Origin: Podarcis melisellensis
Lineage: Eukaryota
Strand: one strand, 5' to 3'
Length of the DNA: 64,000 nucleotides
Assembly (NCBI GenBank): GCA_964234715.1
Contig: OZ174276.1
This document shows positions 12,406 through 23,900 of this stretch, piece by piece. The notes under the pieces are model-generated. The model ran no database searches and had not been told where the DNA came from. It worked only from the letters and a program-made list of their open reading frames with translations. Each line of letters starts with the position of its first letter. Positions within the stretch are counted from its first letter, which is position 1. The position numbers were made by a program, and so were the translations under genes.

Positions 12406-14951
12406 CACCAAGGCAGAAGACCGTTTAAAATCCAGGAAAGGCTGTTACAGAGCAAAATCTAGGGGCTCAGCAGATCAAAGAAGCACGACTGCCTTGTGGG
12501 ATTGCTCTACACGGGAGACAATGGGTAGTGTCTCCAAAGAAGAAAGCACTTTAGAAAGACTCCCTGGTTTGAAGGATTTAGCAAGCTCCAAGGAAGCAGC
12601 ACGGAAAAATAATTCTTATCCAAAGGAACCCACTTCTGCAATGGAACCTAACATTATAAAAACTGTGCAAAGGAATACGGATGATCTAGAAGGGGAGCTT
12701 GAGCCTTTAGACCCTGGCAAAGCAGCAGTGGAAACTTCACCACCCCCTCTTGGAGCACAGACTGTTAGTGGGGATGAAAGACACCATAGCAATGAACCAA
12801 AGCAGCTAGAAGCCTTCAGCAAAGAGCACTTAGACAAAAGGCAAGGGTTGGGAAAGAAGGGCTTTCGGAGGCTTGACTGGCTTTCTGAGCACAATGAGGG
12901 GCTAAGGCCTCCCTACAGAAATGTAAATAAGCCAACAGATGTAGCAACAAACCTGGCCGTTAGGGGACAGTCTGCACGAGAAGCTTCTTTGTTAGCTCTG
13001 CCAGTATTTAGAAAAATGCAAAATCCTCACGCAAGTAAAGCAAGGACTGTTGAGAGTGCACTCTCCCCCAGGAAGGGGCAGGCAATGGACTCCGATTTAG
13101 CCGAAGTAAGTTCTGCAAACACTGCTGAGTGGGCATTACAGATGTCGGGGCATCAGACAGCCACAGACCTTTCTGTCCGCAAACATGCTTGGACTGCTAA
13201 TGCCGGAGATGTTTCGGAACGTGTTCCTCTGCGGTCTGTGGAATCTCCTTCCTGCAGCACCTATGATGACACAAGACCCTATATGTGCAACGCCCTGGTG
13301 GAGGAGCAGGGGAAAGATGGCGCAGCGCAGGAAGAGGACCCAGCTGTGTACACATGCATTGAATGCAGCATCTATTTTAAGATGAAGGAACATTTGATGG
13401 ACCATATGCTTCAGCATAACAGGGGACTAGGGCTGGATGAAAGCAGAGAGGGCATTGGAGGTCAGTGTCAGTTGACCTGTAGTGAATGTGGATGGGCTTT
13501 TGGGGACATTGGTTCTCTAGAGCAGCACAGGAGACTCCATCAGGAGTCCAGAGAAAAAATCATTGAGGAAATTCAGAAGCTCAATGAATTCCCAGATGAA
13601 GGCCGTGATGCCAGGCTACAGTGCCCAAAGTGTGTGTTTGGAACCAACTCCTCTAAGGTGTTTGTCCAACATGCAAAGATGCATGTCAAAGAGAGGAAAG
13701 ATCAAAGTTTGAAGAATGTGAACTTGTTTGGCAGTTCCCGTGGTAGTGATCCACGGGACAGCTCCATGCACAACATATATAGTAGACATTTCAGGCCAAA
13801 TGATCATGTACCTCAAGTGGCGCATGCACACAGTAGCAGCAAAGGTCTTAGCACTTGCATGCTTTGCAGCTTTCCAGCCCCAAATGAAAACATTTTAAAA
13901 GAACACATGAAATATGCTCATTCCCACTTGTCCTGGAACACGGAGTCTTTTGAAGCAGATGTAAACCAGCCTGGAACTAGTAGGGATGCCTACAGCCCTA
14001 GCAGGTCAGGCCGATTTTCAGAAACTGATTATTTGAGCAAAGCAGGCAAACATTTCCCCCAGTCCCACTGTGAAACCACGTCCCACTATGAATCCCTTCA
14101 TGGCTTCACAGTGGGCCACCAGAGACTTAATAAAAGCAATGGCACTAATAAAAAAGAAATCCCAATGCCTGGTTTTCGGGCTAGGAAACGAGCTCCCTAT
14201 AGCTCTTCACATAAGATCTTGTCTACTCTTACCTCAGCGAAAGCTTATTCTCCGCATGCCCTGAAACAAATAAGGAATAAAAGCACAGCACCGCCACTTG
14301 AGACTGAGAGAGAGAATGCCAAAAGCCACCCAGGTGGGCTGGAGGAACTCCAGCACAAATGGTTACCCGTAAGCGATATTAGGAGTATGGAAGAAGAATT
14401 CCCTTTAGCAACAGAAATAGAGTTAGCAGAGAATAGATATTTCAGGCCTGTTGCTATTCCTCAATCTGCTTTGGACCTCAAAAGGAATTTCAGGGGCACT
14501 TTGAAGGCAACAGATTATCCAATAGCATCAGCGGGGCAGCAGCATCAGTTACGTCACATGGTCCCCATTGTTCTTGTTGATGAGATTAATATTTATCCCA
14601 GAAAGATGAAGCGGCCCAAGATGAAGATTCTCAAGAAAAAGATGTTGCCTCCTTCCCAAGAGTTTGGAATGGATGAATCCCTTCCCTTAGGCGTCTTCCT
14701 ATTAGATTCCTCTTTAGAAAGCTCCTTAGAACTGGATGATCTTCTGGATGCAGATTCATTGATGCTGAAGAATGAGGAGAGGAAATGCCCGTACTGTCCT
14801 GACAGGTTCCACAATGGGATTGGCCTAGCCAATCACGTGCGGGGCCACCTGAACAGGGTGGGTGTGAGCTACAATGTCCGTCACTTCATCTCTGCAGAAG
14901 AAGTGAAAGCTATTGAGCAAAAATTTTCCTTCCAAAAGAAGAAGAAAAAAG
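12406..14951 (+). CDS. WIZ: WIZ large exon (2546 nt) encoding zinc fingers 1-5
   Basis: Acceptor ttcttttcag ends at 12405 and donor G|GTAGTA begins at 14952. Within ORF 12386..15112: YTCIECSIYF..HMLQH, CSECGWAF..HRRLH, CPKCVFG..HAKMH, CMLCSF..HMKYAH, CPYCPDRF..HVRGH. Confidence 0.9.
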
Positions 14952-17900
14952 GTAGTATGTATTCAATTTATAATTTTTTCAATTTTTCTAATATTTTTCA
15001 TTCCTTGAAGATGGGTATGTATGTTCCCATATTTTCCCTCTCAACAATAGATGTTATAGCATCTCTGCAATGTCTAGTTTTCATAGTTTGGGTTTTTTTA
15101 AAAAATAAATAAATCATGTGATCTAGTGGGGGTTCTTTGAAAGCATTTATTGCCTGTTCTTTATGTTTTAATATGACACTGATTATTATCCCCTCTTTCA
15201 CAGTTGCAAACTTTGATCCAAGTACTTTCAGTTTAATGAGATGTGAATTCTGTGGGGCTGGCTTTGACACACGTGCAGGATTATCCAGCCATGCCCGAGC
15301 TCACCTGAGGGATTTTGGAATCACTAACTGGGAGCTCACCATCTCACCAATTAACATTTTGAAGGAGCTACTAGCCAATTCATCAGAATACCCTATGCTT
15401 CAGTCTGCACTAGGAACAGATCCTTCATCGCCAAATCAGGAGAGAGAGATGCTTGGGTTTGGGCCCTGCAAAAGCACGGCCCCCATATCTGAATGCAGCA
15501 TTTCACAATCACCTTTCTCCCCGTTCCCTCCTTCCTGGGGAGATGAGCCCATGCAGCCCTTCAGAGATGGTAAGCAGTTTCAGAATTTTACATGCATCCT
15601 GGAAACAGTACTAATCTTAGTAAGCATGCTACCTCCTAACCCTGCCTGGTGATAACCTTTACAGAACAACCTGAAGGAAGTGATGGTGATTATTATGAAC
15701 TATAGTGATAAGCAGAAGTAAAACACAGGATTCAGACATTTCCCAGGAGCCCATGGAGAGGAAGACATCTGGATGTTCCAGGGAGAGGATGGATTCTGAT
15801 GTCCATCTTTCCTTCCATTAATGTGTTGAGTGTCTAATTGAGATGTCATGCAGTGGCCCAAGTCTTCCCAGAAGTCATAGACTGGTCTAAGTCCTACTTC
15901 AGGGAAGGCTTTTTGAGATAAAGGGGTGTATATATAAACACACACATGTCTCAATAAAAGACAAAGTGTGGGAGCAAAAAGAAAGAAACAAAAGTGTCAA
16001 AGCCTAAAACTGGTGTGTGGGTGGGAATGAGAAAAATATTGGGTGGAAGTGAAGATGAAAGAGGAACAGAGCAGAAAAAGATTAAGTCAAAGAAGAATAT
16101 ATAAAGGAGGGGAATAGAAGAGAAAATAAATAATGATAGTTTGTTAAGTGAGAGGATTGATTCTATGGGAAGTGGATGTGTTAACCAGGACCACATAGGA
16201 ATGCATATGAGTTGGGTAACATTTTTCTTCCTGACCTCCTAGGCAAATCACCAGACCAATTTTTTAAGCAGCCAGTCGTAACTGGGTGCTCAGGTTTTGC
16301 ACCCCTGATGAAAAAGTAGACTGCAGATAAAAAGTAATGACTAATCTCTCTCCCATCTGTAGTAGGAAGTGTTCAGTTATTTTCTCCAGTCATAATATGA
16401 AGTTGCCTCAAAATCTGATCTAAATCTAAAATAAATAGGAAAATACATCATGTTGCCATTCGGCTACATTTCAGGCCAGCCTATTCTGACTTGGGCTACC
16501 CCCATTTCTAACTGTGACAACTTAGGTTCTTACTATTAGATTTTTGTCTGTACAGCTTGTCTACTCTGGGCATGGTTCTGAGGCTTTCTCACTGGAAAAA
16601 CTTTCATGGGGCAGAAAGAGACTATAACAAAGTTGTCATGGATGTTACTTAAACGATAAACCGCTTCACATACACAGTTCTACAAGGGTATAATTACTTT
16701 CAATCTCCATCCCATTCCTATTATTTTGTATTCTTTAAGCTTTCTATAAACAGTATTAAACCATTTTCGGCCAGTAGTCTGAACTTTGTTCATTGGTTTG
16801 AAGAATTGATGAATATTATTACATTGTAGGCGCATGGTATTTAGCAAGTGACATATTTGTGGTCTGTAATACTAACTAAGGTAGAAAATAGATGTCTGCA
16901 TAGTTTGTTCTATAGGACTTGGAATGTATTTCTGATCCCAAATCCCATCTTGTCTATGCTGTTTACTGAAGTCTAAAGAAAAAGGTGTGAATGTGCATTG
17001 CCACAAAGTGGCCTTGGTGTTAAGGAGCCGATACAAGTCCTCCTATCTGTGGAATGGCATTTCGCAAATGCAAGGAATGCCAAATGGCAGATTCAAAAGG
17101 AATTTTCAGGCATTGCTACACTGTGAAATGAATAAAAGTTATATGTTTGGCTCCAAGAATGGTCTGTAGGCACATAATGCCTATCCACAGTCAAGCAGTT
17201 CTTGCCCTGCGAGCTGCCTGAATGAGAGACTGCTTGGAAGCCATAAGTAAGTCACCCTTTAGAAATGTTTACTAGCCCTCAATATATCATTCATTATATA
17301 CAAGCTGCCAGATGGATGTTTCTGCAAATAAATGTTTTTATCTAAAAAGCAACGGATGGGAATAATGGTGTGCATTTCTAACTCTTATGAGTTCATCTAT
17401 ACTAAGAACTGTGAAAAATCGGCAGTTGGCTTTGCAAAGTGGAGACATCATGTAGCTAGAAAATTTGCCTAAACACACAAACAACTGTCAGAAACTGCAT
17501 ATGGTGTCATCAGCATGCACATACCTATTAATTTACCTATCAGTTTACTTAACATTCTTGCAGTACTGAGGACAGCAATACAGGCTGTAGGAAATTATGG
17601 TGGAGACTGTAATGGAAAGCTGACTGCAGAAAAGTATCATGCTGTGTTATGGGAAACCAAACATTTATGGATTTCTGTTGCTAGTCGAATTCATTAAGGT
17701 TAGCAGTGACATGAACAAGATCTTTGATGCCTTGTCGTTCTGGATGCATTCAGGAATGAAATAAAACAGCTAAATTGGCATTACTTACTCAGCTTTAAGT
17801 TCTAGTAAGAGAGAAGGGTGCTGAAAACAAGGTAGGGAATATGGACCAAAAAATGGATGGCTTCATAACCTTTTCCTGATTTGTGGAAGAAGGATTGCAG

Positions 17901-20900
17901 AATTCATTGGTGCCAAGATCACTATGATATAAAAAGTAAAAGTAAAACCTCCAACAACTTCCCTTGATGGAAGCACTTGCAAGTCTTCATCTCAAAAGGT
18001 GGTTGCATTTGTACATCATGAAAGGAACAGGTATTGGGTGCTAGACAATGGCCAGGGGATTCTCAGATCTGTGTATGTCAAAGATGTGTGGCCCTTCAGA
18101 TATTGCTGGACTATAACTCCCCTCATCCCTGACCTTAAAGGTAAAGGGACCCCTGACCATTAGGTCCAGTCGTGACCGACTCTGGGGTTGCGGCACTCAT
18201 CTTGCTTTACTGGCTGAGGGAGCCGGCGTACAGCTTCCGGGTCATGTGGCCAGCATGACTAAGCCGTTTCTGGCGAGCCAGAGCAGCGCACGGAAACGCC
18301 GTTTACCTTCCCACCGGAGCGGTACCTATTTATCTACATGCAGTTTGACGTGCTTTCGAACTGCTAGGTTGGCAGGAGCTGGAACAGAGCAACCGGAGCT
18401 CACCCCGTTGTGGGGATTCGAACCGCCAACCTTCTGATCGGCAAGTCCTAGGCTCTGTGGTTTAACCCACAGCGCCACCAGCGTCCCTATCCCTGACCTT
18501 AGGCTATGCTAATTGAGGATGATGTAAATTGGAATGCACAGCATTAGGAGGGAAGGCCAAAGAAGGAGTGGCTGCAGCTCTGTCTCCTGTAAAAGCTGAT
18601 TCCTCCCTCAGAGTGAAGCTGTAATCAGAAATAAAAGCTGCCAGTCAGGAACATGGTCATCTGAGGACATATCTTTATATAAAACCTTCTGGTGCTTCTG
18701 CTTTCACTACTATAGGCAGTTGTGGAAGATGATCCTTTAAGAACAAGAACTATGTATCTGCTGCATACTGACAGCCAATATAGAAAGTAGTTTAGCCTAA
18801 CCTGACTACAGTACAGAGAAAAATGGCAGCATTTTCAGGCAGCAGTTACATTATAGCTTTATTATGTAAAATATGGAAATACAATGAGACTATAGTGACT
18901 AGGAAGATGGAGTCTGATGTTAGGGAAGAAAGCAACTCTAGAATGTTTTGCTGCTCCTCATGAAAAATACAGTACTAGGAATTTATTCTCTTCTTCAGCT
19001 TAGTTTTCAGTAATATGTTGAACAGTTGGGTTTTCTGTAGGCAAAATGGAGATCTAGTTTGAAACCAATGCTAGCCTGCAATTAGAAAATTATAGCTCAT
19101 CCTTTGCAAATCAGTATTTATCTTAATGCAAATGCCTTTTGCTTTAAAATATTATGAGTAGGACTCCACTGAACTTTATGCTCTCTCTAATTTATCTGTA
19201 TCCACAAAATACAGACATCTCTATATTTTCAAGGACTTACTAAGCCAAGCAACACCACAAAGAACAAGATAAATTTTTTTTATTATTTAAGCAAGTAGCA
19301 TTGGTTGATTAGATTTCTGGCAGGCTTTTATGTAATTTGGAAGTCTGGGGAAATCTCCCATTTGGATTAACCAATTCATTATAAATCTCGGGATAAAGTG
19401 TTCATTGGATTCCTAATACATGCCCAGAGTATATAAACCCTAGAAACATGGGGAACAATGTTCCTCTTCTTAAGAAGTGGTTTCTTGTGGGGTATTTTTG
19501 TTTGTTTGTAGATAGCGAAGGTTTTCAAATATAGACGTTGTGAAAGTTCAACATTAAGACACTTCTTTTTGGAAGCTAATTGTTCATAGGCTCAAATTCA
19601 TTTTGTAACTTAGCAAAGAAAAAGAATGAATTTGTGATTTTAACCATTCTTTCCCTCCTCTGTGTGTGGCAAAAACACAGACCAGCATTGTGTCACTTTG
19701 TCTCTATCTCTGCATTTTTTTGCCAACCACTGGAAGGTCATGTACAATGAAACTTAACTGCCATGCTTTCTTACTCCGCAGCCCCCGGTGACCTAAACCC
19801 TTCATGGATATATTTTGAGGCATGTATTTCAGATATCCCCTAAATCTGCATACATAGATGGCTGGGTCTCTAACTCGTGCAAAGTCTGTAGATTCCAAAG
19901 AGGCATGGACCTTGTTTTGAGTGGCATGTGGGCTAAAAGCATCTTGGTCATTTTTTATTTTATCATCTGGATTTCCTATTCTTAATGCTCACCCTAAATT
20001 CTGGTTTTAGATAATTTCATCTAACCAAAGCCAATTAAACATTTTTACCTCTTTTTTCAGGGAGGGTGTCAATTCTCACAATGAGGTAATATATTTTCTA
20101 GAACTCTTGAGTTGTTACTATTGATAAAATGCCTTTCTTTGGCAACAGGAAGTGAATCAACAATTTTCATAGCTTGGTAAAAATGTTGTAACAGTGCTGA
20201 AGACCCAAGAAAACTACAGAATATAAGGTTGGATCAGTGCTGTTAAAACATATATGGTCTATGAGCCCAGTCTGGCCCACAAAGTATATTCTGTCCATTA
20301 TACAGCTGCTAAAAGTGTATGCCATTATAGAAGAAGGAAAGAGGACCCCTTCCTAACAGTTTTATTAAAATCAGTTGTCACTTTTTTAGGCACCTAGTGC
20401 TGGTGAAGAAAATGCATTATTTGCCTGCTGAAAGGTAGTTCCTTTTTTTTCTGTCCCTAGGCATTTGCTTAGTGATGAGTTCAACCCCCAAATCACATTA
20501 GTGGAGATGAAAAATATATGAATACAGTTACAGAGAAATGAAAATTTAAATATAGGAATAGAAAATTTAGAGAAATGTGAAATAGGGCTTACACCTTGAT
20601 AAGTGGGATTATGATTGCAACAAAAGAGAGGAGATATTTGCATTGCATTTCACATTCAGAAAAATGGTCTTCTGATTGAAATATTTCTCTCGCTTGTCTT
20701 ATGGCTCAAAAGCAGCTTTGCTCATCCTGAACTGATGGAGAGAATGTTGGATTTTAAGCACACTTTAGTGCATATTTATTCTTTTTGAGATGGTTCATCT
20801 TTCTTGATCTTCAGAACAGAAGGGAAGATCTGTTTATTAGAAGAGGTGCAACTGAAGCAAGGAATAAAAAACCAGGATTAAATTTACTGTCTTCTATTAA

Positions 20901-23900
20901 ACTGTCTCTCACTGCCTGAGAGAGGCAGTGAGAGATTTTACTTTCTTGGGCTCCATGATCACTGCAGATGGTGACAGCAGTCACGAAATTAAAAGACGCC
21001 TGCTCCTTGGGAGAAAGATGATGGCAAACCTAGACAGCATCTTAAAAAGCAGAGACATCACCTTGCCAACAAAGGTCCGTATAGTTAAAGCCATGGTTTT
21101 CCCTGTAGTGATGTATGGAAGTGAGAGCTGGACCATAAAGAAGGCTGATCGCCGAAGAATTGATGCTTTTGAATTATGGTGCTGGAGGAGACTCTTGAGA
21201 GTCCCATGGACTGCAAGAAGATCAAACCTATCCATTCTTAAGGAAATCAGCCCTGAGTGCTCACTGGAAGGACAGATCGTGAAGCTGAGGCTCCAATACT
21301 TTGGCCACCTCATGAGAAGGGAAGATTCCCTGGAAAAGACCCTGATGTTGGGAAAGATGGAGAAGGAGAAGGCGACGACAGAGGATGACATGGTTGGACA
21401 GTGTTCTCGAAGCTACAAACATGAGTCTGACCAAACTGCGGGAGGCAGTGGAAGACAGGAGTGCCTGGCGTGCTCAGGAAGTCAGACACGACTAAACGAC
21501 TAAACAACAACATTTAAACTGTCACCTTTCTTTGTATCTATGGCCTGGGCCCCTCCATTACAAATGGGTTTGGAGTTGACTAACTGCAATGCAAGAAGTG
21601 TCCAGTGCCAAATCTGATTGGGATTTAAGGGAAGACAGTCTTTAGGCAGTTGATCCTTATAAGTAGATCTGAAGGAAACCCTGTTTTCTCAGCCTTGAGA
21701 TAAAAGGGGGCTTTTCATAAATTACAACTTATTTATGTATCTGTTGTAGTTTTTAAAATATGTTGTATTTCGATTAATCTGTTATCTTGCTTTGCTACCT
21801 GCACAGGAGCAATTGCTGTTTAACTAGTATATAGATTGAGGTTGCAACTGTGAAAGCTATATCCTCCACCACTTCAGTGCACTTGAGTCATTTTGTAGTT
21901 TTGGGCTAGAAAACTGTGGCCATTCAAGTAAAGTGGCTTTGCAGATGAAAAAACAGATAAAAATGTTTTTAAAACTGTTCCTTAAAGATGCAGAGTGTTT
22001 TTATACACATCACGTTGCTTGTCTGCTGTGAAGCTCTTTATCTCTCTTTCAGCTGTATTATTCTGAAGGCGTTCTGGCCACAGAGTGCATCTTCCTTTCT
22101 CGGTTTTTTGTTTTCCCCACCTGCCCGCTAACAAACTGGCCCCCTCTCCCTTTCTGCCTCCTCCGTCCTAGCTGTGGCCAGAAGAGTTAGGTGCTCTACT
22201 GCTCTCGTCTGCTGGAGCCTTAAGCGCGCGGCTTCCATCCTTGCTGGCTTTCCCTTAATCTGTCGTTCGATGGTGGAGTAGTTTTGCCTGGACCCGTACC
22301 CTGATCGCTTCGTGCTTTTCGCTGCATCTCTCTGGGCCTGTGGATTCCTCCTGGTTCGGCTGGGCCGGCTTCTCTTGGGTGGACTCGGCGCTCGACTACT
22401 CCACCTGATCGCGCTCAGTTGGAGTCTCGGCGCTCCGCCGCCCCGCCTGGCTGCCGCCCCGCATGTGCCGGACCCAAGATGGCGGCCTCCACCCCCTCGC
22501 AGCCCAAAGCGACAAAAGCGGTGGCGGCGCCGCGGCCCCGAGAGGATGAAGCGAGCGCGGGTCCTCCGCCCGAGGCCGGTAAGTCCCCGGAAGGCGAGGA
22601 GGAAGACATGTCCGTCAGGCAGGAGGGCCGATCGGGAGGTGTCATGCTGGAGACCTGCTTTTCCTTCCGCCCCCCCTCGCCCGCCGCCTCCGGGGCAGCC
22701 CGGTCTGCGCCTTCAGGGATCGCGGCGCCTGTCCTTTTCTGGGGGTGGCGTGAGGTCGGGTTGGGTGGCGGGCAGGAGGCAGCGCCTTGCTTCTCCGAGC
22801 CGAGTCCGTGGTAGCTTTCCTGTCAAGGCCTGGTAGCCCGCGGCTCTCCTCCTCCTTCCCCGCCAACGGGGCGCCCGGGTATCTCGGCCGTGCCTTCCCC
22901 GCTGGTCAGCATCCCTTCGGCCGCTTCCCGTTTAGCCTCTGCAGCACCCGGAGCCACTGGCCAGCGCCTGTCACGTCTGGTCCGCGCCCTCCGGCAGCAG
23001 CTGGCAATCGAAAGTGAGACATTTTAAAAATAAAAATAAAATAAGGCATCTTTTGTCCGCTGCGAGAACGGGAATAATCCGCATCGAGGCAAACCGGCTC
23101 TCGTTTCTTTGACTTTCTAACCTCCCTTGTGGATACATATTATTAAAGTGAATTTTGAAAATCCTGAAAATAATGTTACTGACTCGTCAAAAGCCCAAAG
23201 TAAGACACCAAGAATTGGTTGTATTGCAGTATGAGAAATATGCATACCTAAAACATAGGTTGGAAATTATTTATTTTTTAATGCAATACGTTATCTCGTG
23301 TCTGTTTTGGCTATCCAGCACTTTGAAGGTCGGAATGGCTGACTTCTGTCTTTTAATCTCTCCAGTCTAGTAATATAAACAATAGAATACAGTAATTCTG
23401 CTTTAACCTGCATTTCTGATTTCCTACTTTGTTGTATATTTAAATAATTTTGAAGAATAAAAAAAAAAGTTGTAGCTGATAATATCTCTGAATTATAGTG
23501 AATTTGTCCAGAAAACAACAGTTGAGATCAGTCTTACTTAGGAGAAGATTCCCTATTCTGCTCATCTTCCCCATCCCTATTTTTTTTGCAGTTTGAGCCT
23601 ATGTTTGTCTATTCAGAAGTAAGTTATTTATCTATATTTACATATAGTATTACAATAATATTCTGCCATTCTTCCAAGGAGCTCGGGATGGCATACATGG
23701 TTCTTTCTCTCACCACTTTATAAGGCTAGTTTAGGTAGGCCAGGCTGAAAGAGTGTGACGGGCCCAAGATCACTGGGTAAACTTCATGGCTGAGCGGGAA
23801 TTTGAATCAGAGCCTCCACCGTTTTATTTGGACACCACAATCCCATGCTGATTCTCTGTAAAAATAGCTAATCCCAGGGTAAGGGTGTTTAGGATTGAAC

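Noticed and set aside
12386-15112. 908-aa ORF as a stand-alone single-exon gene
   Set aside because: Its ends run into intronic sequence. Splice sites at 12405/12406 and 14951/14952 link it in frame to downstream WIZ exons.
20928-21503. Functional reverse transcriptase gene
   Set aside because: Only the C-terminal part of a 5'-truncated Bov-B ORF, with a non-ATG start and a frameshifted end.
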